64,000 nucleotides of DNA from a virus: positions 32,001 through 96,000 of IMG/VR virus record IMGVR_UViG_3300004463_001172; one strand, 5' to 3'. The translations under genes and the position numbers were made by a program. Position 1 is the first letter of the stretch, and each line of letters opens with the position of its first letter. The notes beneath the pieces were generated by a model, which made no database searches, was not told the DNA's origin, and saw only the letters and a program-made list of their open reading frames with translations. Below, piece after piece: positions 18,675-27,550 of this stretch.

Positions 18675-19589
18675 TCATGCCAGCGCCTTCGCCACGACGT
18701 CGAGGAACGTGGCACATTGGGTTTGGTACTGGTACTGTTGATGCACCAGTCGATACCCTGTATCCGCGAAGTCCTGATATGCATCTGCCGCCAGTCCCAG
18801 AATCGTTTCCATCTGTGTGGCCAAGGCTTCCGGTGTCTCCCCATACGCGACCCCTCGCCCGATGGGGAAGAGTTCCGGCATGCTAATCGGTTCACTCACC
18901 ACCGGCACGCCACACCCCAAGGCTTCGTACAAGCGGGTCTCGGTATTTGGGCTGCTGGAATAGTGGCAATTGAGCACCACCCGACAGCGGTTGAGGTACT
19001 GCACGAGCGCCGCCCCATAACACCGATCAGCAATCGCATCGGGCCAGGCCCACCGAAACCCGCGTGGCAGGCAGGCGAGTGTATCTTGAATCCACTGAAT
19101 CCGCCGCGCGCTGGCATAGCCATACACACCGATATCGATCTCCTTCTCGACCGCGAGTCGCCGATGAACGGTGGCATCGACCCCACTACTCGGACACCAG
19201 GCCACCCGGCGCGCGCCTAATGCTGTCACCGTGGACAGACAGCAGGAGCAATGGTGCACAACGAGATCAAACGCTGCGGCATTGCGGCTTAGCGCATTGG
19301 CTTTGGCGAGCACCACTTCATCCATTGTTGGCCACTCCGGCGACATGACCTCGGCGTGCCAACAAATCGTGGGGGCTCCCGTGGTCTTGCGGAGGTGCTG
19401 AATCGCCACACGGCTCAAGCCATACCCTTGTGATATGACATTCAGGTCTGCCGGTGGCAGTCCAGTGAGGTCTTCATCACGCATATTGGCAAAGGTGACC
19501 TGATGCCCCAAGGTCTCGAAGCCCCGGTGCATCATGGACTCACAGCCCCACGCAAGATTTGCTGCTTTGCCAATCAGGTTGATCTTCAT
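18675..19589 (-). CDS. GT-B glycosyltransferase, CgeB / Glyco_trans_1_2-like
   Basis: YLNRCRVVLN, TRLYEALGCGVPVVSE. Confidence 0.85.
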   Translation of the reverse strand: MKINLIGKAANLAWGCESMMHRGFETLGHQVTFANMRDEDLTGLPPADLNVISQGYGLSRVAIQHLRKTTGAPTICWHAEVMSPEWPTMDEVVLAKANALSRNAAAFDLVVHHCSCCLSTVTALGARRVAWCPSSGVDATVHRRLAVEKEIDIGVYGYASARRIQWIQDTLACLPRGFRWAWPDAIADRCYGAALVQYLNRCRVVLNCHYSSSPNTETRLYEALGCGVPVVSEPISMPELFPIGRGVAYGETPEALATQMETILGLAADAYQDFADTGYRLVHQQYQYQTQCATFLDVVAKALA

Positions 19590-19762
19590 TTCACTCTCTG
19601 TGCCCGTTTGAGCGCAGGCGTTCGCTGGAGTGCTTCAGCCAAATATTCTGCAACAGGATAAAGATCATCTGAATGCAGCAGATAAATTATCTCTGTGTCT
19701 TCATACGCGGGACGTTTATACGCCGGTAAGCAGAGCTTGAGCCATTCATAGAGTGAGTTCAC
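19586..19762 (-). CDS. Small hypothetical protein between two glycosyltransferases
   Basis: GTG-started VNSLYEWLKLCLP...QRVK fills the gap, with ATGA coupling to the next gene. Confidence 0.45.
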   Translation of the reverse strand: MNSLYEWLKLCLPAYKRPAYEDTEIIYLLHSDDLYPVAEYLAEALQRTPALKRAQRVK

Positions 19763-19769
19763 TAAGTCT

Positions 19770-20876
19770 CTATCCAAGTCCAATCCTCTCCAACCCTGTT
19801 GCGAGCCGCTGGGTAAAGCCCTGCCAGTGGAAGTGCGAGGTGGCTCGTCTGAGCGCCTGCAGGGCTTTCTCATGCACGATGTCATCACACGTGGCCTGGG
19901 CTTCTTGCATGGTCTTCCAAAGGATTTCCGGCCGAATGATCGCTTGCTGGTAACAACTGCCATCCGGGTGTGGCTTGGAACCCTCTGGGTCAATCATCCA
20001 CCCGCAGGACGAATCCACCCACTCATTCATCGGTGCAGCATTGAGGGTGATCACGGGTCGGCCATTGACGAGCGCCTCAATAAGGCTCAACCCTAAACCT
20101 TCCATTTTACTCGGCTGTACCACGACACGCCCTAATCCATAGACCCCTCGCGGCGGTGGATAATCCCCTGATTCCCAGACGATATGTGGTGGGAGGGGCT
20201 GCTCCCAGCCAATGATCTTCACCGCCACCTCTTGGGGGAGTTGGCAATGGATCAACACTTCAGGCGGATTCCCCTCCAGCGGTTGACAGGCCAGCGCCGC
20301 GAGCAGCGTATCCAACCCTTTCCTGGCGTCGATGCCAATCCACCCTTGCGAACTGACAAAATCAAACCGCCGGTCCAGGGTCAGCGTTGAGGCCTCGACC
20401 AAGTGCTCATCCGGCACGCCCCAGCCGATATAGTGTGTCTGGGCCTCCTTCCCCCACTCTTGTAAGAGGGTGTACGCTCGTGCCGTGACACAGAGGAGCA
20501 GGTCATTAAAGCGTAGATAGGGCTTCTGGGGGAAGCTCAGGTAATTATCGATTTGTTGAACCGTTTTGATCCCAGCCTTTTGCAACGTCATAGGGAGCTC
20601 GGCTTGCAGCTCTTCGACAAACACCACCGCCTCAAGTCGGTGAAAACTGGCCCATTGCAAGAGCGCCAACGGTGGAATGACCGCATCGGGATAGTCCGTG
20701 CGGTTCGGCCAGTCCCATTCCCCAGTGGTTTCCCGCATGGGCTGCCCGTAAATCATCCCCTGCCGCACAAACATGAAACACTCGTGATGGAGGTCGACAC
20801 AGGCCCGACGTAGTGTCTGGGTAACATAGGGAACCCCACGCGCAAATGAGGTCGTGACAAATCCAAGCCTCGCCAT
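19770..20876 (-). CDS. GT4 family glycosyltransferase
   Basis: RKGLD, PSKMEGLGLSLIEALVNGRPVI (EX7E motif). Confidence 0.92.
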   Translation of the reverse strand: MARLGFVTTSFARGVPYVTQTLRRACVDLHHECFMFVRQGMIYGQPMRETTGEWDWPNRTDYPDAVIPPLALLQWASFHRLEAVVFVEELQAELPMTLQKAGIKTVQQIDNYLSFPQKPYLRFNDLLLCVTARAYTLLQEWGKEAQTHYIGWGVPDEHLVEASTLTLDRRFDFVSSQGWIGIDARKGLDTLLAALACQPLEGNPPEVLIHCQLPQEVAVKIIGWEQPLPPHIVWESGDYPPPRGVYGLGRVVVQPSKMEGLGLSLIEALVNGRPVITLNAAPMNEWVDSSCGWMIDPEGSKPHPDGSCYQQAIIRPEILWKTMQEAQATCDDIVHEKALQALRRATSHFHWQGFTQRLATGLERIGLG

Positions 20877-21209
20877 TTACCAGCGCCTCCGGGTCCAGGG
20901 GTGTGTTTCTTTGAGTCTGTGTATCTCTGCGAGCGCTCGAAAGGGGCAGATATCTGATACCGTATCAGCTGCGATCTGGGCTCCTATGGTATGGACATGC
21001 TGTACTGGCTGTTCATATGTCACTGTATTTCTATTGAAATCATAAGTGGCCGTAATCGGTGGCGGCTCAAGACAGAGATCAAACCCATGTGCAATGTAGA
21101 TCTCTTCATAACAGAGATATTGATCGATGCTATACGGGTGGCCGTAGGGTCGGAGTGAGAGTGTCGCAGATTTCATCACGGGCGCCATTTACCAGCGCCT
21201 CCGGGTCCA
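20871..21209. repeat. Exact 27-bp direct repeat (20871-20897 and 21183-21209) flanking a 103-aa ORF
   Basis: cgccatttaccagcgcctccgggtcca occurs twice. Confidence 0.95.
20877..21188 (-). CDS. Hypothetical protein, moron flanked by direct repeats
   Basis: Ends in HPWTRRRW like the upstream gene; more AT-rich than its neighbours. Confidence 0.6.
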   Translation of the reverse strand: MAPVMKSATLSLRPYGHPYSIDQYLCYEEIYIAHGFDLCLEPPPITATYDFNRNTVTYEQPVQHVHTIGAQIAADTVSDICPFRALAEIHRLKETHPWTRRRW

Positions 21210-21905
21210 TGGATGTAAAAGAAAGCGTTCACCCCACTGATAGGTTTGGCTCGGCACATCGGCGAACACGCCCGCCGCGATCACATCAGCGCCTTGGTCT
21301 TCAGGGCCTAACCCGATCATGAGTCGGTAGCGGCTCCGGTATTCCTTCGCCAGTTCTCGATAGTCGCGCGCTTTACTGGGGGCACTCTGCGAGTCAATGC
21401 TAATCATCGGGTCGCCAGATTGGGTGAAGTAGCCGGCCAGCGCGAGACAGGCATAGGACGCGCCCAGCGTAGCCACGGCCCGATAGATGGGATCTGCAAT
21501 CGTGCCTGTCGTTTCACTAACGACATGTGGTACAGTCCATTCCAGGTTCAGCCGTTGGCTCGTGGCAATGCTGCCGCCTAAGTAGCGAATCTGATAGGTG
21601 GTACTGCTGGTCGGACTACTGATCAGGAGCCAGTCTTCGGCCTCTAAGTAGTGCGGGATGTCTGCTCCGACCGGGTATTCGATCTGGCGCACGCTGGAGA
21701 ACTCATCCACCCAGCCGGTCGGTGTCCCCAGGACGGCGGTGCCACTCCCGGCTAAGGACCGTCGCCGGGTGAGGGGAAACAATCGGCTATGCTCCGCGAC
21801 GGCATTCTGGATGGCTTCTTGACGGGCCTCAATGGTCAGCTTCTGTGCGCTATCCTGAATTAAGGCCGCGAGCACGACTTCATAATCACTGAGGACCTTG
21901 GCCAT
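21189..21905 (-). CDS. Head-tail adaptor/connector protein
   Basis: AVAEHSR..P, IEYPVG, ACLALAGYF, ISIDS; position after the capsid and decoration genes. Confidence 0.7.
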   Translation of the reverse strand: MAKVLSDYEVVLAALIQDSAQKLTIEARQEAIQNAVAEHSRLFPLTRRRSLAGSGTAVLGTPTGWVDEFSSVRQIEYPVGADIPHYLEAEDWLLISSPTSSTTYQIRYLGGSIATSQRLNLEWTVPHVVSETTGTIADPIYRAVATLGASYACLALAGYFTQSGDPMISIDSQSAPSKARDYRELAKEYRSRYRLMIGLGPEDQGADVIAAGVFADVPSQTYQWGERFLLHPWTRRRW

Positions 21906-22261
21906 CAGTAACTACCCTTCCCAACAAAATAGGCGGAAAAATTCAGGTTCGGACTACTCCCAGCCAAGGTATAATTTAGGCGCCCCCATTTACCAAAAGG
22001 GGGTAACGTCAAGACGGCGAGCCCGGTTGCCGTGAGCGCCGCCATGCTTTTGAGGGTCAGGAACGCCCCGCCCGTGCCATAGGTGGCATTGGGGGACCAT
22101 TGCCAGCGCGGCGTCACGGATGCCCCCGTGCCAGATTTGCCCCGCACATAGATCCAGAGTTGTGCTTGGATGTACTCACCCACCGCGATATTCGCGCTGT
22201 TGCCAGAACTCGTGCGCGTGGCTTGACTCAACAGTGGAATACTATCGGCGCGTGAGGACAT
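21905..22261 (-). CDS. Small beta-rich virion protein (putative decoration), S/T/G-rich
   Basis: Similar to 22242-22652 (SP, G..R.NY, F...VGK.Y); position in the head module. Confidence 0.6.
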   Translation of the reverse strand: MSSRADSIPLLSQATRTSSGNSANIAVGEYIQAQLWIYVRGKSGTGASVTPRWQWSPNATYGTGGAFLTLKSMAALTATGLAVLTLPPFGKWGRLNYTLAGSSPNLNFSAYFVGKGSY

Positions 22262-22652
22262 CCCCAGGGTTCTCCGGTCCTACGATATAGGATTTACCCA
22301 CCCATTCCATCCCAAAGGAAAGGCTCCCCTGAATGCGATAGGATACGCGCAGGAACGCCCCGAGATGACTGACGGGGATGCGATAAAATCCGATGTCGGT
22401 CAATGGCACTCCGACGACATGCTCGGCCCACCGCTGCACATCAGGGCTCACTTCCACGATGGGCCAGAGACAGGCGCCCTCGGGCCCGACCCCGTAGACA
22501 TCGAGAAACACGAGTCCTTCCGCCCAGGTGGTGACGTTGCGAGGGCTCGTGCAGCCATCCACTTGGCGCCACGCGAGATCGAGGAGGGTCACTCGTTCAC
22601 AGTGACCCTCCAGTCTCGGAGAGTGTCTGCGCAGCCGCCCCGGCCGATACAT
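22242..22652 (-). CDS. Small beta-rich virion protein, paralog of 21905-22261
   Basis: EVSPD...LGAFLRVSYRI...WVGKSY. Confidence 0.6.
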   Translation of the reverse strand: MYRPGRLRRHSPRLEGHCERVTLLDLAWRQVDGCTSPRNVTTWAEGLVFLDVYGVGPEGACLWPIVEVSPDVQRWAEHVVGVPLTDIGFYRIPVSHLGAFLRVSYRIQGSLSFGMEWVGKSYIVGPENPGDVLTRR

Positions 22653-22655
22653 GCG

Positions 22656-23096
22656 CTAGAGCGTCCAGCCGTGCTGATACATGGCGGCGAACGTCAACCC
22701 AGCGGGGAGACCCGTGGCGAGCCCTGCCGCACTCGTCATCACCCCCACGGTCCACCATGCATTAGCCGGCGCCGTCATGACGCCTGACAGCGTGTAGGCT
22801 TTGGCCTTAGTCGCCCCCGCAGGACAGGTCGCGGCCCCTTTGACGCTGCCATTGACCCAGACGCGCAGGCGCGGGGCATTGAGGGCGCCACCGGCTGTCG
22901 CGGCGTAATGCCGCAGCTGCAAGAGCCGCGATGGCTTCGCCACAAAGAATTTAAGAGCGCGCTCGGTCGCCGTTTGTGCGGCCAGCACCCCAGGTAAAGC
23001 GTTATAGACTTGAAACACATGCGAGGGGGCCCCGGTCGCCCCGGCGGCCATCCCAGGATACCCCGCTACGATTGGCCCAGAGAGATGTGTTGCCAT
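22656..23096 (-). CDS. Putative capsid decoration protein
   Basis: MATHLSGP start; shares KP, RLRVWVN..KG and Y.HG with 23111-23494. Confidence 0.6.
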   Translation of the reverse strand: MATHLSGPIVAGYPGMAAGATGAPSHVFQVYNALPGVLAAQTATERALKFFVAKPSRLLQLRHYAATAGGALNAPRLRVWVNGSVKGAATCPAGATKAKAYTLSGVMTAPANAWWTVGVMTSAAGLATGLPAGLTFAAMYQHGWTL

Positions 23097-23110
23097 CGCG
23101 CCTCCTCCCC

Positions 23111-23494
23111 CTAAGCCTTAAAGCCATGATGATACCGATATTGAAAACGAATCCCCGCCCCTGCGGTGCCAGGGGCTGACGCCACCGACAGCCCTAGCAC
23201 GGAGTTAGCCGGGCCAGTAATGGCAAAGCGATTACCGACGCTGACCGCCCCACCCGCCCCAGGGGTCATGGTAATTTGCCCGGTGCCTTTGCGCACATCG
23301 TTCACCCAGACGCGCAGGCGTGCGGTCTGACCGGCTGGATACGTGGTCGCGCCATAGACCGCCACGCCTACGAGCGTAAAGGGCTTAAACATCAAGATCC
23401 GGGTCGTCGGTTGCTGCACCGTACTGGCCGCCGCCATCGTGGCTAGCGTGCCCCAGGTATCGGCGGTGCGAATCCCTGCAATGTCTTCAAACAT
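23111..23494 (-). CDS. Putative capsid decoration protein
   Basis: AGGAG RBS; paralog of 22656-23096; first sense gene after the capsid. Confidence 0.6.
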   Translation of the reverse strand: MFEDIAGIRTADTWGTLATMAAASTVQQPTTRILMFKPFTLVGVAVYGATTYPAGQTARLRVWVNDVRKGTGQITMTPGAGGAVSVGNRFAITGPANSVLGLSVASAPGTAGAGIRFQYRYHHGFKA

Positions 23495-23559
23495 CGAGTC
23501 TCCTTTTCACGCCGGTTCTTTGTCCTGTCTGCCCGTAGCGTGAAGGATTGTGACTTGCC

Positions 23560-23588
23560 TTGACATTAGCAAATCTTTTAGGTATACT
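23560..23588 (+). promoter_or_regulatory. Sigma70-type promoter TTGACA-17-TATACT
   Basis: Near-consensus boxes upstream of a three-gene antisense cassette. Confidence 0.75.
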
Positions 23589-23628
23589 TATAACATCAAC
23601 TACTAAACTCACCATTCTGAGAGGGGTC

Positions 23629-23886
23629 ATGATGGAAACGAACTTCGACGTCACACGTGATGCCCGCCTACATCAGGCGGCTGATGCCCTGCTCAGTGCC
23701 GCTATGGCGTACTGGCAGGAATACCGACGGGTCACCGGTGGTGCCGCCGTCATTTGGGTATCCGATACGGATGGACGCTTGGTCATTCTCACCCGCGGGG
23801 AATACCGTGAAACGCTCTTCCGCAACATCGACGCACTCAAGCAGGACACCCAATTCCTCAAACCCTTTGAGGAGCCTACGTCATAA
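23629..23886 (+). CDS. Hypothetical protein
   Basis: GAGGGG RBS; TAATG coupling to the next gene. Confidence 0.65.
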   Translation: MMETNFDVTRDARLHQAADALLSAAMAYWQEYRRVTGGAAVIWVSDTDGRLVILTRGEYRETLFRNIDALKQDTQFLKPFEEPTS

Positions 23887-24380
23887 TGGCAGCCAACTGG
23901 AGCGATGACACGAATCAGAAACGGAGTAAAGCCCTCAAAGGCCGTAAGCAGACGCCGAAGCATATTATGGCCCGTGTAGCAGCTCGGAAGGCCAAAGGTC
24001 CATGGTTTCCGAAGAAGATGAGTCCTCCATCGAGTGCCGATACCCCACCACGCACGGTGTGTGATATAGGATTTTATCGAGGACATCCCACGATCACGTT
24101 TAAAGAAGAGCAAGAATCTGAAGAGTACCCAGTGAAATGGCGTTACGCTGATACGTTGGAGCAGACGCCCCAAGATGGCGAGGGGATCGAGCGGCCCTGT
24201 ATTGCCTGTCATCGCCGGGCAGCAATTGATGGTCCTGATCCATGTCTGGGATGGATTCCAGAGGTGACCTTTGCCTGTTGTGGGCATGGGAATGTAAGCC
24301 AAGCGTATGTCGTGTTTGACGCCGGTCATTGCCTCAGAGGACCAGAGGCAGTCGCTTTCTTTGAAACGCTGCACGAATAA
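23886..24380 (+). CDS. Hypothetical protein with NUMOD3-like N-terminus and Cys-rich C-terminus
   Basis: KRSKALKGRKQTPKHI; PCIAC...DPCLG.IP.V..ACCGHG. Confidence 0.65.
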   Translation: MAANWSDDTNQKRSKALKGRKQTPKHIMARVAARKAKGPWFPKKMSPPSSADTPPRTVCDIGFYRGHPTITFKEEQESEEYPVKWRYADTLEQTPQDGEGIERPCIACHRRAAIDGPDPCLGWIPEVTFACCGHGNVSQAYVVFDAGHCLRGPEAVAFFETLHE

Positions 24381-24389
24381 GGGAGCCCC

Positions 24390-25427
24390 ATGGCCAAACG
24401 AGTCTTTACCGACGAATGGCGTCGCAAGATTAGCGAGGCGGCGAAGGCCAGAGCGCAGACGCCCGAAGGGAAAGCCTTGCTGAGCCGGATGAGCAAGGGC
24501 AAGAGTCCCTTGGCTGAGACACGGCAGAAGATTAGTGACGCTGGGAAGGGTCGTGTGCAATCGGAGGAAACCAAGGCCAAGCGTGTGGCGTCGAGACAGG
24601 GGTATTCGCATTCGGAGGAGACCAAGCGTAAGATTAGTACGGCGAATAGTGGCAAAGTTCGAACCGACGAAACGCGGCAGAAGTTGAGTGCTGCGGGTAA
24701 GGGACGTCCGCATACGCTGGAGCATATTGCCGCTCAGGTCAACGCCAGAAAAACCAATGGTCCGTGGTTTAAAATCGATGACATCGGTGAGCGTATTAGT
24801 CATGGCAAGAAAGCTGCATTTGATGCTTTGAGCGAACCAGCAAAAGAGATGATCCGCGCCCATGCGAGAACTATCGGTAAAGCTCGACAAGTCTGGTCTG
24901 ATATCAACTGCGAGGTTTGTCATGCTGTTGTGCCTGGGCATTTGAAGCGCTTGCGCTTTTGCTCTGATGAGTGTAAAGCCCTCGGCTTGTCGGGTGCTGG
25001 TGCGCCGAATTGGCAAGGTGGGAAGACGGACGAAAGTACGAAACAACGCCATAGCTTTGAAGCAGGTATGTGGCGTTACCTCGTCTTGCACCGAGACGAG
25101 CTGCAATGTCAAATATGTGGGACTCGTGAAAATTTGCATGCACACCATATCAAATCGTGGAGTCAGTATCCCGATCTTCGCTTTGATCTAGAAAACGGGA
25201 TAACCCTCTGCATCGACTGTCATGAAACCACGCATGGCCGAAGCCTCAATGGTAAAAATACAGGCACGTATCAAGTACAATGTCAGTGTGCCTGGTGTGA
25301 TACGGTGTTCCCTCGTGAAAAGAACCGCGTCCGGGACTTGAACTATTGTGACCGGGTCTGCTCTGCACAACATATGCGTGTGAAAGCCCTACTTAAGCAT
25401 TATGGGAGGGCCAAGGCACTCGCTTGA
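24390..25427 (+). CDS. NUMOD3-repeat HNH homing endonuclease
   Basis: Repeated (S)EETKRKIS..KG; PNWQGG; RDELQCQICG..LHAHHIK...NGITLCIDCH. Confidence 0.9.
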   Translation: MAKRVFTDEWRRKISEAAKARAQTPEGKALLSRMSKGKSPLAETRQKISDAGKGRVQSEETKAKRVASRQGYSHSEETKRKISTANSGKVRTDETRQKLSAAGKGRPHTLEHIAAQVNARKTNGPWFKIDDIGERISHGKKAAFDALSEPAKEMIRAHARTIGKARQVWSDINCEVCHAVVPGHLKRLRFCSDECKALGLSGAGAPNWQGGKTDESTKQRHSFEAGMWRYLVLHRDELQCQICGTRENLHAHHIKSWSQYPDLRFDLENGITLCIDCHETTHGRSLNGKNTGTYQVQCQCAWCDTVFPREKNRVRDLNYCDRVCSAQHMRVKALLKHYGRAKALA

Positions 25428-25445
25428 CCCACCCATATTATTAGA

Positions 25446-27314
25446 CTATATAGTGAGAGAAGAAGCAGAAGTTGATGCAACAAATCCACGATAGTCTAAT
25501 ATTGATAAACCCCATATGTGCCGTATTTTATACGTTATTTTATCTGCGTCCATCATTGCAGATCCACTGACGTTCTCTTGATCGCTCACAAAGATTTCCG
25601 GGTCTTCGTTACCTCTGAAGAATCCGACTTCAAACGTGGGCACGTCCCGAGGGTCAGCAATGAGGTACCATCGGTTTCCGTTCGTCCAATAGGGGATTTG
25701 GACCGGTACCATGCCGAACCGTTGAAACAGGTTGGCATCGTTATCTGTGGTAAATGGCTCTCCCCGTGTGGTTTCAGTAAGCTTCCCTGCCGCTCTCCAG
25801 AGCTGCCGAGGATGAATCAGGAAGCGTGGGGTTAAGCCTAAGAGTTCCACGCTATTGCCATAGGCGGTTTGTCCACCCAAGAGCTGAATCGCGGCGTCGA
25901 GACCATCCGCATTCAGCGGGTTATTGACCGCCAAGTTCGCATGTCCTGTGGTAAATACAGAGGTCGTATCTCCGTCAAACGCCAGGGCAATATTCTGATC
26001 CAACATATCGAAGAACCCACGGAATAAGGTTTGTGCTGCCGCACGGCCTAGACGCTGAGGAATCCGACGAATGACTTGGATGTCGTCGTTCGCCATGGCT
26101 TCCATGGTGATGGTCTCTAGCCCACCACGTTTGACCAGCCGATAGGTGGACTCCTCATCATCAGGCGTCGGCAGTGGTGTGTAGCTGATCCCTTCAGGCA
26201 CGACGGGTAGTACCCCATAGCCCCCGAAGCGGAGCCGGCGTTGCAGCCGGAAATCATTGATGGTACTAATTTCCGAGGTGAGCTGGCGCCATAGCTGCAA
26301 TTCAGGAATGCGATACTCGGCGAGGACACGCCTGGTAATACTGTCCCCCATCATCTGCGCCCAGGTCGTGGTCGAGATCGCTTCTGTTAAGCGGCCATCC
26401 GCCTGTGCTCCATAGCGGCCATGAGAATCGTACTTGCCGCCTTCAATGGGCACCTGCATTTCGCGCATGACTCGTAGCGGATCCCACCGCTTGCCCATCA
26501 TGCGCTCATAGGCTTCTTGGAGCGACCGGAAGCGCTTGACCGCACTTCCATCCTTACCCTTTTGATCTTCACCTGCCCAGAAGCCGTCAAAGGCAGTACA
26601 GAGCTTATCGAACTCGCTCTCGATGATCTTTGCCCGCAGCCGCTCTTGCCCGGGGAGGTAGACTTCCCCATCGCCATTGGTGCCGAGGGGGCCAATCACG
26701 TCCCAGTAATCGTTGATCGCTTCTTCCAAGGCGGCTTCGCTAAAGACCTGCCCCTTGAATTGTTTCTCTAGCTTTTGCTGCGCCTTGGGAGGCAAGCCCG
26801 AGTCCATCAGCTTTTCCTTCAGCATGACGGTACACTCCGCGAGCTTGACCCGATGCTCCCAGCGCTCTTCAATCGCTTCAATGGCGGTTTGGCGGGTTTT
26901 ATTGGTTTGGGAAAGCTGTAAGTCTGCCACGGCTTCCGCCTCATCTTGTGTGGCACAATTGGCAATCAAGTTGCCTTCCTGCAAGACAATCCAGCGATCC
27001 TGGCGGGGTTTCACTTCGATACCGGCTTGCAAGCGGCTGAGATTCGGCGCGACGTCGTCTTCGCTGCGCTTGGCGGGTAGGGTTTCAGGCTTGGCCGATT
27101 CCTTGAGAGACTTCTCGGCTTCGGCAATGGCATCTTCGAGTTTGTCGAGATCAAAGGCTACGTCTTTGAAGGCCTTTTTGAGGGCTCGTTGGGTATCGAG
27201 CGGCAGGCTACTTTCGCGGAGCCGTTCGCTCATCAGCATCTGAGCGCGGAGCGCGTCTTGCTCGGTTTTCATCTGCTGCAACAGCTCTAAGACATTGGTA
27301 TCCGTTCCTGGCAT
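25446..27314 (-). CDS. Major capsid protein (Mu gpT-like, HK97 fold) with N-terminal scaffold-like region
   Basis: DFRLQRRLRFGGYG.LP.V.EG..Y, KRGGLETITMEAMANDD, RIPQRLGRAAAQTL, WYLIADP, YKIRHIWG...DYRG. Confidence 0.92.
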   Translation of the reverse strand: MPGTDTNVLELLQQMKTEQDALRAQMLMSERLRESSLPLDTQRALKKAFKDVAFDLDKLEDAIAEAEKSLKESAKPETLPAKRSEDDVAPNLSRLQAGIEVKPRQDRWIVLQEGNLIANCATQDEAEAVADLQLSQTNKTRQTAIEAIEERWEHRVKLAECTVMLKEKLMDSGLPPKAQQKLEKQFKGQVFSEAALEEAINDYWDVIGPLGTNGDGEVYLPGQERLRAKIIESEFDKLCTAFDGFWAGEDQKGKDGSAVKRFRSLQEAYERMMGKRWDPLRVMREMQVPIEGGKYDSHGRYGAQADGRLTEAISTTTWAQMMGDSITRRVLAEYRIPELQLWRQLTSEISTINDFRLQRRLRFGGYGVLPVVPEGISYTPLPTPDDEESTYRLVKRGGLETITMEAMANDDIQVIRRIPQRLGRAAAQTLFRGFFDMLDQNIALAFDGDTTSVFTTGHANLAVNNPLNADGLDAAIQLLGGQTAYGNSVELLGLTPRFLIHPRQLWRAAGKLTETTRGEPFTTDNDANLFQRFGMVPVQIPYWTNGNRWYLIADPRDVPTFEVGFFRGNEDPEIFVSDQENVSGSAMMDADKITYKIRHIWGLSILDYRGFVASTSASSLTI

Positions 27315-27381
27315 GTACGGCGATCCTCATGCATCGAGGACTGGTCAGCGACTGACAATGTGGCGCTCCGCTGACGAGCGC

Positions 27382-27418
27382 AGGGTAAAGAAAGGGGAGG
27401 GGCCTCTCCCTCTTCCCT
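27382..27418 (-). terminator. Terminator-like hairpin between protease and capsid genes
   Basis: GGGAGAGGCCCCTCCCC followed by TTTCTTT on the minus strand. Confidence 0.5.
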
Positions 27419-27480
27419 AGTCACTACTTATGGATGTCTTCTCTTCCATTCTATGCCGTCCATGCTATAATCTTAGATAG

Positions 27481-27550
27481 CCAATGAGATGAGCTGCGGC
27501 ATGATGGCACAAACTGAGACATCTCATGATGAGACCTTACAAGCTAAGAC
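27481..27550. repeat. Degenerate pentamer-period array, 14 units, mostly GAY-NN on the plus strand
   Basis: ccaat gagat gagct gcggc atgat ggcac aaact gagac atctc atgat gagac cttac aagct aagac; preceded by extended -10 TGCTATAAT at 27463-27471. Confidence 0.65.

Noticed and set aside
23673-25148. 491-aa minus-strand ORF
   Set aside because: Antisense shadow of three plus-strand genes that have a promoter, RBSs and clear NUMOD3/HNH motifs.
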